This document shows positions 12,660-24,630 of a DNA stretch of 64,000 bases, one piece after another. Numbering within the stretch: position 1 is the stretch's first letter; every line of letters begins with the position of its first letter. Below the pieces are notes generated by a model. The model did no database searches. It worked only from the letters and a program-made list of their open reading frames with translations, and was not told the origin of the DNA. A program made the translations under genes and the position numbers. This DNA comes from Phoronis australis. Lineage: Eukaryota; Animalia; Phoronida. The stretch lies in the NCBI GenBank assembly GCA_002633005.1, contig NMRA01000489.1, positions 145,972-209,971 of the forward strand. The letters run 5' to 3'.

Positions 12660-13814
12660 CACGATTGGTTATAAATGAGATCAAGGAACGTAGCAATGAA
12701 TGCTGGGCCTCCGTCTAACAATAGTCTCTTCACTGCTATCGACTCCTATTTTTTAAAATTCCATGTTGGTGTCACCTTCCGTGTATGTACCTTGCGTCTC
12801 AACCGGTAAATTACAAAGAGGTAGTGACGTCAACTTAATTGGCATCGAGATTTATTAGCAAAAAGTTACACCTTGAGCACACACCCCTATATAGTAATCG
12901 GCCCCTGAAAAGCGGTATTTCACAGCATCAAAGCCAGACTCCACTCAATTCCTCGAGTGTTCAGTCACTGATATCGATCTGTACGAGTAAGTGAGTGATC
13001 GTGTCTCAGTAGAAAGCTATTGAGTCACTCTGCAATTTACATAAGCTTTCTCCCCAGAATTTCTGACGAAAAGTATACCGATAACGATGTTTTTCACCTA
13101 GAAAAATTGACACAACTAAGTCTTTGATTTTTAAAAATCGGTGAACTATTAACTGAAATCACAACTCAAAATAGCGTCCGAAACATCAGCAGATAGTTGA
13201 TTAAGATTTATTTTCGTTGGTTTAGAAATCCAAACGTACATGAACAATGAACGGGTTCATTAGGCTGCGCAAACGTGTCTGGATTTTTAGAAGGTTTTGA
13301 TGGTAACTGGTTGTAACTAAAGTGCCGTCCACACAAAGAGACAAGTTACTCCTGGAACGAGTTGTCGCTAAGTTTGCGTACTGTCTGGACGCTGTTTAAC
13401 TAGCGCAACTTACCCTATACTTGTGACAATTTACTCCACATTATAATCGTTGTGTGGCCGCAAAAGTGGGGTAAGGCAGAATTAATTATTAGCTGCGGTT
13501 ACAAACTGACGCTTTTTGCTTGCCGTACTCGCATTGGGCGTTCATTGCCAATAGGAAATCTCGCAATGGGCGAGAACCGGCATCTTTTTGCGTTGCAATT
13601 GTTATGCTTTTTAATTTTAAATTATTATTATGAAAAATGCAATATAAAATTAATGAGAAAAAGCGCTGGAAAGCAACGGGCGTCAAAATTTTAGTATTTT
13701 ATACATGTATGTATATGTATACAAATGAATGCACATATTTATACATACATTTAGATTTGCAACCGCAACAAGAATTTCAATGATACATACAAGATTACCA
13801 TGGAAATACCATAT

Positions 13815-13860
13815 ATTATATTATTATTATTATTATTATTATCATCATTATTATTGCTAT
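13815..13860. repeat. (ATT)n microsatellite
   Basis: Directly visible, within ILP intron 2. Confidence 0.9.
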
Positions 13861-14506
13861 TGTCATTAGTCATTAATTATTATTACCGTTATGGTTGCCC
13901 AGGTGTTCTGTTCCTATATGCTTGTGATCTTTATAAAGAATCATAGCGCGCTGAGACGGTTTCCCACATTTCCCTGGGAAGTGACAGTGTTGCAAGAATG
14001 GCTGGGAAATAACCAACAATGAAATTTTGCCTGTTATGACTCATTCTAGCTAGGACAAAGTCAGACCTTCGATTTAGCCTTTTGTCCAGGCGGACTATTC
14101 TTCCATCGGCACTCCACAAATGGCTGATCGAGGACTGAGAACAAGGCCCATCTACGATTGCTTCTTTGTTCTCAAGCAATGCATTGAACTATGAATATTG
14201 AAGAGTTCTAGTTAATTAACTTGCGCATTCATACAATCATGTACTTTACAATAATGATGCAGTGAGACATACGTAATCTCGAGATAGTATTCAGCAACTG
14301 TTATTACATGAACCAAAAACATTTTGTATAGGGGAAAAAAGACAAATGAGTAATAGCTTGTGGAAAACAAATCAATGGCAACCTTGACATTTTCTGCAAT
14401 CTATTAAGAACTACACACAATTAGTTAAAGAATTCTTTCTCTTTCCAGCACTCTCTCATTTGCATCTTACTGTCGCTACACTGTATATGCGTTATCTCTT
14501 TTATAG

Positions 14507-14691
14507 GATCGTGGAAGCGTTTAGAACAGCCATACGGTCTACAGAGAGGTGGATTTTGGCGCAAACTACAACCATCTTCGCCATTCAGGGATAATATGAA
14601 AAAACGTGCTACATTTCACTTGAATCAGCTGGCCGATGTCTGCTGTAAAACCGGATGTAAATTATCTGACCTTATCAATCTCTGTGACTAG
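14507..14691 (+). CDS. Insulin-like peptide exon 3: C peptide and A chain
   Basis: CTCTTTTATAG acceptor, phase 1; translation SWKRLEQPYGLQRGGFWRKLQPSSPFRDNMKKRATFHLNQLADVCCKTGCKLSDLINLCD*, with KKR followed by the canonical CCx3Cx8C A chain. Absent from the ORF track in this frame. Confidence 0.92.
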
Positions 14692-15238
14692 AACACAAAA
14701 GTGGAAGTTCAGCCTGCGACGACGGGCCCCGTTACGTCACCGTTGTTATCACTATGTTCTCAAGAATTTTGACAAAACGACTAAAACTGAAAGCTCTTCA
14801 GTGTTACAGGCAATCTTAGCAATGAAAACCTCGTGGACGGTGTCGCACTCAATCCACATTTTTGGCATTTCCACCCATCGCCAACCAGTTTCTTCAAGAA
14901 CGTTCGAACCTCCCTGTGACAGGTTCCTAAAATATTTTGTCGATACTCCATGCTTTCATGTCGGTTTTTAAACAAACCAATGCAACGTTCCGACAAACGT
15001 AGCCAGCCAGGCCGCGCCCAGCAATAATAACTGGACGGCGGAAAACAAAGATTCTCTGCTATCGTCTTTGATATTTTACCACGATTTTTACCACTATAGA
15101 GCCACATTGTCAAATGGGAAAGCATACGAACTGGTGCAACTAGCGGGAGATCCACCATACCAACGAAGTTCATTCATACACGACAAGTTCATTGACAGAG
15201 GGCTCATTAAATAGGGATGCGTTACGTAGTCGCGAGAA

Positions 15239-15783
15239 GAGGACAGTAAAACACGCATCAAGAAAGCTCGTCAGGCACACGCTATGCTAAAGCCTGTATG
15301 GTGCTCAAAGACCTACTCACTTAATCAAAGTAAATAATTTTCAACTCTAATGTGATGTCTGTTCTTCTTTACGGTTCAGAGACGTGGAGACTTACAAAAA
15401 CATTGGTTAATAGAGTACACGTCTTTGTAAATAGATGCCTGCGACAAATCCTGGAGATTAAATGATCGGATAGAATCACAAATGAAGAGATTTGGCGAAA
15501 AACGGGGCATGAGAGGGTAGAGACAATGAGAAGAGGGTGGGACACACCCTCAGAAAAGCTGATGAAAGCATCACAAAACAAGCCCTGTCCTGAAACCCGC
15601 AGGGAAGTCGTCGACGAGGCAGACCAGTCCAAACGTGAAGGACAATGGAAGCCGAACTCCGTGAAACCGGATACAACATGCAGCAAATAAGACAGATGGC
15701 GAATAACAGGATTCGATGGCGTTCGGTCACAGAGGCCCTATCCACCACGGGGTGGCAAGGGTTTTTTAAAAGTCAAGTAAGTC
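15239..15783 (+). mobile_element. 5'-truncated RTE-clade LINE
   Basis: SVLLYGSETWRLTK...FVNRCLRQILEIK...RRRGRP...WRSVTEAL are RTE ORF2 C-terminal motifs; AAGTCAAGTAAGTC tail; TSD ACG(T/C)AGTCGCGAGAA at 15224-15238 and 15784-15798. Confidence 0.92.
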
Positions 15784-16295
15784 ACGCAGTCGCGAGAACC
15801 TGGTGAAAGCGCAAGACAGTGCAATACGGTGCAGGACACGGCAAATCAAACAAGTGAAAGGCGAATGTTTAGTGAATGCTGGCGAAGCTTACACCCGCGT
15901 AAATGGTTATCACTGTATAATACCATTTTCTAAACTTTATATATTTCAGTGATTGTCTCCCGACTGGGCCGGCAAAACCTCCCAGGCGCCCTAGAAGCAC
16001 TCAGTGAGAATTTCAGCCAAAGTGATTAGGAATTTTGTCTTTGCAATGGCTTCTATGACCGTTTAAGTAATGCGTGGGTCACAGGTTTACATTGCCTTAT
16101 GTTAACAATATTTTAAAACCTCGTTAGTATTTAAAATTTCAAATTTTATTCTGAAAATTCCCCGGCTTCCATAAGGCCACCGTGGTTTTGTTTAGATAGC
16201 GTTCATCATCAATATGGCGGACCGCGTGTCACGCGCTGTCTGGCTTGTGAGTATACGTCGTGTCGTCTCTGTGTATATAGCTCACAACAGGGCTA

Positions 16296-16398
16296 CTCGC
16301 TGGTTCCCTGCGTGCCGCTAGGTGGTCGGTAGCCAGCACGCCTCGCTGGTTCCCTACGTGCCGTTAGGTGGTCGGTAGGCATGTTGGGAACCAGCGAG
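16296..16398. mobile_element. Minimal TIR element with duplicated left end (family of 41795-42416)
   Basis: CTCGCTGGTTCCCT twice in tandem, closed by inverted GGGAACCAGCGAG. Confidence 0.7.
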
Positions 16399-18949
16399 AT
16401 TGGGATAGCCACTAATGCCAGTGGGCGGAATACACTTTTGATCATGCTACAAGTTTTATCAACACAAAATCTTTTCATGTTCGGTAGTATAACTTTCAAA
16501 CAGTTTCACCTTGTTCAATTTGTGAATGTGTAAAATAACCACCTGTGGGAGGTCAAATTCCCATGTTATTTTGTGCTCAGTAAAACCAAATCCACAAATT
16601 AAGTAATGACAATGAAGAGAATTCCAGGAGCGTGTATCCGTATCAGTATCTATGTCAATTTCATTCAAATGTTGCTTTTTGTGTAGAGCACGGTTTCTAT
16701 TCCTTAACTTCTTTCTTTCCTGTAATTCTGAAACATTCATTCCAGCAGGTAAACCAACCAATCAGCACTCAAAATAATAATGTGTCTGGTAAACCAACCA
16801 ATCACCACTTAAGATAATAATGTGTCTGGTAAAGCAGGCATTACGCAATTCAACACGCCTTTCCGGTTCTGGCCTGGAGAGTGTTTATGACAGATGTACT
16901 GTAGGACCAAGGCATGTGCACTGAGGCCCACACAGGGCATTTCATTTATCACTGCTGGACACTAGTCAAAAGCAGCCAGTCAGGCACCTCCCTCAGACGA
17001 GTTCATGTGAAAGTTTGTCAACATAAACAACAAGACCATGACTGAGCTTGATGAAAGACAGAATACAAAGTTATAGCCTTATATTAAAATATCAATTTAA
17101 CTTTAGTCAGTATAATATGTGCATATTATCACAGATTACAGGAATCAACTTTAAGCTTAGGTGTACTCCTATTTCGTAAAAATACCATCGATAAAAACTA
17201 CATGGAAAATACCAGACACACCTTTTGAGCATTTTATCTAAGTTTTAATACAGGAAATTTGATGAAAGCTTGTGAAAGGACTTTATCCCATACCTTTCAA
17301 AAAACAACGTTTTTGCCAAAAACGCATGCTAACTTGACTGGAAGAATGATAGTGTTGTGAATGACATGGATTAAATTTGTCTAGATTCCTAGTTTCAGAA
17401 AATATATACTTTTATGAATTGGCAGTCTTTAGTTGCTTAGATATTTCAGGAGGAAAAAATTATTAGAGGTACATATGACATTAACTGCTAAAACCTCACA
17501 GATATATCCGTTATCACGTTTCAAATGACAATAACTGCTTATTTATCAACAAAATTACTTCCTTAAATTCATAAACAGGTGACCAAAAAGGACCAATATA
17601 AAGACATGGTTTATTGACTTGGGAAGAATATTAACGGCAAATTGCCCTTCCTTGATGGTTTTGAGTTTCCTGTAGTATTACCAAGATAAGTTTTCGTTCA
17701 CCAAAACTGAGTGGTTCCCATGGATACGGAGAACTCAATGGCTCATGCATCACTCTCACAAGGTAGAGCCATACAGAAGAACCTGGCTTAGAGTCTGATG
17801 CATGGGAACTGAATTTGAACCTGCAATGTTGTACAGAAGTGTGATTACATTTTGGGGATACCCAATATATGAGGGGGGTACAAGGCATTACACAGCGACA
17901 GTTGAATCTCACTGTGTTTACCTACAATGTTGCAATATCCGACAAGCACTACTGTAGCCTGAGATTTTTGCGCCATTGGAGTTCAACACGTTTTTTTGTT
18001 GTTGTTGCATTCTTTACAAGTTTTTCTCAGCTGCTTTATTTCATTCAACCTTCCAATGGCAATGAAACATTACTGCTGTGCTGTGGAATGCAACTTCTGA
18101 CAGGAGAAAATTGAATAAACTTAAAAGTATCTGTGGATGCGTTATGTTAAATTGGTCACCTACTGACATCAATCACAGACAAAAAAATACAAAGCGAGAG
18201 GATAAAGCAAGTTCATCGGGTTAATTTTGAACCGACCAGAATCCTCTTTCTTGAAAAAACCTTTTGATTCTGGTACTTTAAAAAGATTGGAGTCAGGAAT
18301 ATTTCCACGGCCAGTACACCTAGTAAACAGCTTCCGACACGACCTGCAAAAATGTGCCTGACTTTCCAAAATGAAGTCAATGAAAACTACATGCTTTCTT
18401 TCCTCCAGGACAGGAGAGTTCTATCACTGTGTAATACAGAACCGCTCTATTATCATATTGATTTGTCATCAGCTATTAATCACAAATGAAGCCTGTCTAA
18501 AATTTACATGGACACTAGTTATTAACCATAGCACTCCCATTGGTCAAAGTTTGAGCAATCTTGTCACATTGGAAATAACAGACTAGATACAAAAACAGAT
18601 TCAGAGGGGCACAAGCACTGATATAACATTACGTTTTGAACCTTTAACAATCCTATTAAGACTAAATTGTCACTTTACCACACTTGCTTGAATAATTGTT
18701 GCCTCATGCCCAAATCAAAGTAGCATGATAATCATTAAACAGAGCATGTATCACACAGCACGTGTTGCATTCTGACTTGTGAATTGAATATCAACATGTG
18801 AACCAGTCACAACAATAGATAAATCTCTGAAGCTTCGCATCACATGATTTTACCAATTCTTGCACCTTGTCATCTCTCAGAATCTCAGCTGAGCTGTCTC
18901 CACTAAGTGTCAGCTCAGAAGTTGTCTTCCCTTTGGCAGCTATTGAAGG

Positions 18950-21900
18950 TCAGATTTTAGATGCCACAGGCAGTGGACCCTCATATTTCTTACCTGCAAA
19001 TACATGTACAACAATTACAATAAACATTTCTCTCAATGCTTCTTTCTTGGAAACATCAAAGAAAGTTGTTCGAAGAATGTCAACTCAGGCCTACACTAAA
19101 GATTGCGTTGATGAATTTGAAATCAGAGGGGAGATAACTTATCGCTACAGAGTCCTGTGTAGAATGCAAGTCACAAAACAAATGCTCTAAAACAACACAT
19201 TCATTATGACTAATGGGCAACCAGTGAATACAAAAATATCTAATCCCCAAGGTGGGGTTAGCACATATAAAAGACTAATGCAGTGTTCACATTTAAACAA
19301 GTTCTTAAAACGATGGCACCAAAGGGCACATACTTCAAACTGCACACAATAAAGCATCTAGATAACAGATGTAACATCCCTTTTAACTTAATTGCTTTAA
19401 TTGTTAGTAAACATTAAATTAGAAATATTTCGAAATCAAGAATTATTCAATTGTTTTCTGTTGATGCCAATCCCCAGAGTTTAGTTCGTGAAGATTGAAC
19501 AGTTTCCAGAACTTTGGGGACATGAGCACACGATTTTGCCGACCAAAATTTGAACTCTTCTCACGAAAAACACTGCACAACACTACATGTGAGGTCAAAG
19601 TTACACCCAAAACAGAGAGGAACTCCTGGATGAAATGGAGTTGAAAATATATAGCAAATGGCCAGTATCCTTGCTAACAGCATGTTGCCAGAGACATCAT
19701 ATACTAACCAATCATGTGAGCTAATAGATCGAAACGATCAGAGCCAAAAAACAACTTTTCATCTCCATTGCTGTGTAATAGAATTGTCGGTGCTCCAAAA
19801 GCCTTGAAAAGATAAAGATTTTAATCAGCATCTATTCACATCATTTGTTTTCACAACACAACCCCAAAGTTTTGCTTGGACTGTAGAAAGTTGTTGGGTC
19901 TTGCATGCTGGAGACTTGCACACCAGCTCCATCTTCCACGTAAAAAACTTTGAAACGATACTACGCACAATTGAATCACTCAAGAGATTGCCTGGAATTC
20001 AAATAACACTGTGCATCGAGGGACTCACCCGAAATTTGAATTGAGTGACAGTTCGAGTGTTCCAAACTTGGTGTGTTTGTAGCCGCTTTTCATAAAGAGG
20101 CGATTAGTGATTTTCACTAGTAAGGAAACAAACTATTTGACATGAAATTAAATTTATTCGAAATCCTTACATTTTGTTTGCGTGAATAGCCTGTATCTAT
20201 AAAACAGTATTTTTAGGGAATAGGGTACACGGAGCCTTTTAAAACAGACAAAAAATTGAATCTAATTGTACGACAACATCATAATTGGAACTCACGTCTT
20301 CTATACTTTACCAGAACCTTGAGTACAAATTCAAGTTCATGTCATACCTATCGTCTGATTACTGATCAAAAGTTGAAGTGAATGCAGGACTAGGAAAGAT
20401 CCCTTGTTTTATTAGAGACTAGCATTAACAAGTTGACTTGTTATTTTAAACAGAAATGCATTTTATAGAAGCATTACATTTAGGCACATAGAGAAATTTG
20501 TCAAAAAACCAAAATCATGCGAGTAAATTTTTTACATATAATTTACCCTTTTTCAAACTATTTAGAGGAAAACAGGACTTAAGACTGTGTAGTTGTACAG
20601 ACCCCTTTATCAAGTGCCCTTGCAGTATACGCCTTTAGTCTGTCCTTCACATCTTGATCACTAACACGACTTAGATAGTTTTGAGCTTGTGCCTCTGGTA
20701 TTCCAGCTTGCTTTGCTGCCTGAAGTAAAGATAATTCAACACAGCAATGATGTTGGCTCTCCACCACTAGGTGACACTCTTGTACAAGACATTCACCTGC
20801 AGTAAACATAATTCAACACAGTTCAATAAGAGCAATAGTGAGCAATGAGGCTGGATCTCCACCACTAGGTGACACTACTTGTCTAACAAACTCTGGGATT
20901 TTGCAAATGAATCAACAAGTGCATAAAATTCAATCTTTTTTTGCAATTTGGTAAAATCTCATCCATTTGGCAAAAAAAAATTCGAGGAATTTCATTAGCA
21001 GCCTTATTGTCACTCTTCAGATACATTACGAAGACACAATAATGTCAATCACAACTAGTCTGTTCAAAACAGCTGTTAAATTTGGCATGTCGGTGTAAAC
21101 ACTTTTAGAAAATCTGAGAAGCAAAATTGAGAGTAAAAAGACAAATTCTTGATTTGACTAAAATGTGAATGTCATCAACAACTTACCTCTAGGAGGCTCT
21201 GTGGTTCTGTGATGTCTTCGTTCTACAAAAATCAAAAGGACAGCGTCAATAAACCAATCACCAGAATGCATGCCACCAGCTCCATCTATTGTCTAAAAGA
21301 ACAGTTTACAAAAACCGAATATGTGATGAATTCATTATAGTCTTTATCCTCTTTTGACCAAACATAGTACAATTTCAGACCACTATTGACGCTGAGGGAG
21401 AAAATGGAAAGGTTTGAAGCTGCTTCAAGACTACAGAAGCATTTTCACAGCCATATCCAGATGCATGTTATATACATTTTTAAAAGGACCATTACATCAC
21501 TCATGATTTTTGATGCTTGCAAAGGATCTATTCATTAATTTTCATGCAGTATATTGACTTGAATCAGTTAACAGTAGACTATTCAGTAAAACAGAGTATT
21601 TCGGTCAGAGATGTTCTTTCAATTAGTTTTGAAATGCTGCCCCGGTGCTTATTTCTGATTCGACGTTTATTTAACAATAGTGCGGCGCTAATACACACTA
21701 TTACGATATTTATTTCATCCAAACATCACATATTCACCCAAAACATTCTTAGTCACATTGATTTGTGTTTGTGTCAGCAAATGACGCACAGCTTAATATT
21801 GCTTTACTTGCAGTGTCAGACCTTACCAATATCGGGTAAAAATCAATTTAGACAATTTTAGGATTGGCTTTAATCTAGCTTTATCTTAAACAGACTCACA

Positions 21901-24004
21901 AATGGCTATTAGTGTGCCAGTAGGAATTTAAGTTTTGAAATTGTCTCAAACCTTTCCGATGATAAAATCAACGTCTTACTTGCCCCTGCCATAATACCAC
22001 TCAGGAAAAATGGTCTGAACTGAATGTTAAGGTTCCACTTGATGCGATAACGGGTCAGAATCTGAAATAACAGAATAAAAAGCAATCGTAATTCATACCA
22101 GTCCATAGATGATCTTTTATTTCCCTAGTTTCAAAGCTGGAAATTCACAGAAAGCAAACTGGGATGTGTGTCTGACTGTCAAAATCAAAGACCACTTCAT
22201 CCCACAGTGCTACCAACCTTTCAATGATTCAATACTTCATGACATGAAATAACAGCGAGCACTTTCAACTATACACAAACCCTTCTCTTGTAACATTGTA
22301 CAGGCTCTTCGATGATCGCACGGTGATGGATTTCCGCCTGTCAGCAGAGTGAATTTACAGTGAATCATGAATCATGCTAAGATGAAATCTAAGTATATTG
22401 GAGTTAGTTGCTTATGCATCCAAGTAAGGCCTTCAACTCATGGCCTCATCAGCTTCTCATCCATAGCTAACTCACGGGGGGATACGGCATGTCTGAAGGG
22501 GGGTGTACCCTTCTCTGGTCTTATCTGTGTAACCGTTTCCAATGGGTAGTAAGGTCTCCGGTCATTCCAGATAGTGATTGAAACTGTACAAGGGAGTCCC
22601 ACAGGGGTCAGTAAATGACCCTGTGCTTTTTAATGTGTTTTTCAATGACTTGTTTTATAACCTCTGTCATGATTAATCTGAATTGTATAATTATACCGAT
22701 GACAACACAACATCTGTGTATGATCACCGACTAGATTGGCTTGTCATTAAGCTGAGGTTTAAAGCCACTCAGGTCACATCTCTGTTCAAAAACAACTTCA
22801 TGCAGGCAAACCCAGAAAAACTTCACATTATAGTGCGGATCCAGTCTTACACCTATCGAGATAGATGGCTGTGGCTTAAAGTTAACATCAGAGCCTCGTG
22901 TCAGATTACTAGTGTTGAAATTGACCATAGATTCAGCTTTGATGTACCAGTCCGTGAAGCATTCAGAAATACCTCAGCTCATTTGGCTGTCTTACGGAGG
23001 CTTTCTAAATCATGATGATGGGTGTGACATTTTTAACAGTTTTATTCTGTGTCACTTTGACTACTGTGATGTTTGACATTCCTGTAATGCAATGCTTACA
23101 TCCAAACTTGAGCATTCACAATAGCCGTCAAGTTTCAGGTCAAGGCAGGTTTTTAAGAGTCACTATGAATCATTATTAAAAAGAGCAGATGGCCCCATTC
23201 TGGAGCTCACATCGAGGAAACGAGCTATTTTTGTGGAGTCTTGCATAAACTGTCTCCGAGTTTTGTGTGGGCCTTCTTTGAGGTCAGCGATTCCTCGTAA
23301 AAACTGGGGTCTAGTGTCGCTCTCTGTGTGCACCATATGTGCACTCCAAAAGCTAAGCGGTGAACTTGAACTCCCTTTGGGTTTTCTGTGCAAAGCTCTC
23401 GACACAGCCCGTTTGCGTCTGCATGCAGTAGCTGCCGACAGGTGTTACAGTGCGTGCATCCTCACCTGACTGGGCTGGCCCCTGCGCATCCCTCACAGAA
23501 TGGATGGTAATTTACTGCATAACCTATCAATTTATTTAGATTAATGTATAACTAAATCTCTTAATTATCAACTTTGTCTTTGATAATACTTTAATAGCCC
23601 TCGGATAGTGTTCCCCTCTTTCTAAAACCACTGGCATTCTCATCAGCTGCTCTCCGATATGTACTACAATCTATTTATTATAGTGTCATAGGAGTGACTG
23701 ATTAAATAAAAAGTGCTTGCGGCTGTGCTAAAACTCTAGATCGGAGTAGGTACTTACTCCAGTCTCCAGTCCTAGTCCTCGCAAAAACTTACTCATTTTA
23801 CTTACAAAAATATCTGTAAAAATCTAAGTAAGTGTTCTTGTATACGAGTGGAATTAGGAAACATGCCTTCAAAAAGTAAACAATTACCTCGCACCAAAAC
23901 CTCAAAAATATCTCACATCTACTTACTTCAAAAGCAACCCATGAATATGGGGAAACTACATCATAAAACAATTCCAAAGTAACCGCCTTCAAGGGAGCAG
24001 CCAT
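18950..24004 (-). pseudogene. GSTK1: GST kappa paralogue B lacking exons 3-4 (pseudogene or frame-rescued variant). Exons 24004-23927, 22061-21980, 21222-21187, 20719-20603, 19802-19709, 18993-18950
   Basis: Six exons have the same lengths as in copy A, intact GT/AG sites and no stops. No match to exons 3 or 4 was found in the 757 bp between exons 2 and 5. Default splicing frameshifts to a TAG in exon 6. Confidence 0.8.
22480..23125 (+). mobile_element. Degraded CR1/L2-type LINE RT fragment in intron 1 of paralogue B
   Basis: GVPQGSV-PVLFNVFFNDLFY, LYNYTDDNT, NFMQANPEK motifs with stops and frameshifts. Confidence 0.85.
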
Positions 24005-24556
24005 GTTTGATAGCATCGCTCGTACGCAGCGCCACTTGTGGGTTGGCTCTTGAACTGCTTATAGACAGGGTCGGACCAGGGCTAGACCGTTAAATCTTTA
24101 CCCGGTTGTCCATACACAGAACAACAACACAAAAATAGAGCACTTTAATGAAAAAATACAGAAATAAAAACTCACACTAAAACCGAAGACTTGATGACAA
24201 CCATTATAGGACTCACTGCATTGAGATAAGTGAGTCGGACATAATGAGAACAAGCCTAGTAGGCCCTATCACTCACTCAGGCTCAGTCGGGCCCGGGGGT
24301 CCCTACAAAGATCGAAAATCACTATATATAGAGTACCCATGCGAGTTCTACAAAATCTGGAGTAACCCAAAAAAACGCTCCAAAACATTGTGTAGACGTA
24401 GGCTACTAAGGTTATTGAAGGTTGACGACTCAAAAGTTTTACCCGCAAGTGGGCAGTTCCCGCCATTGAGTACGCGCAAAGCCGCGGGGACTAGTGACGT
24501 CAGCTCTGAGTACGTGCACTTCCAGTGCACTGGACGGCCGCTAGGCTGGCTAATAT

Positions 24557-24630
24557 CATAGGCGGATTTAGGGGGTTTAGGGGGGGGGGCAGGGGGCCCG
24601 GCCCCTCCCCCATTGGCTGCCGGCAAAAAA
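24557..24630. mobile_element. Single hAT-type terminus (CATAGGCGGATTTAGGGGG)
   Basis: Matches the reverse complement of the right end of the 12366-12659 MITE; partner end not found. Confidence 0.55.

Larger units (their letters stand above)
16870..24060 (-). repeat. Left arm of inverted segmental duplication (partner ~27370-36300)
   Basis: Exons, intron margins, 3' UTR and downstream flank match the reverse complement of the + strand GST kappa locus (e.g. 18560-19000 vs 35105-35520). Confidence 0.9.

Noticed and set aside
13931-14179. 82-aa minus-strand ORF in ILP intron 2
   Set aside because: No recognisable domain; at best a decayed LINE linker fragment.
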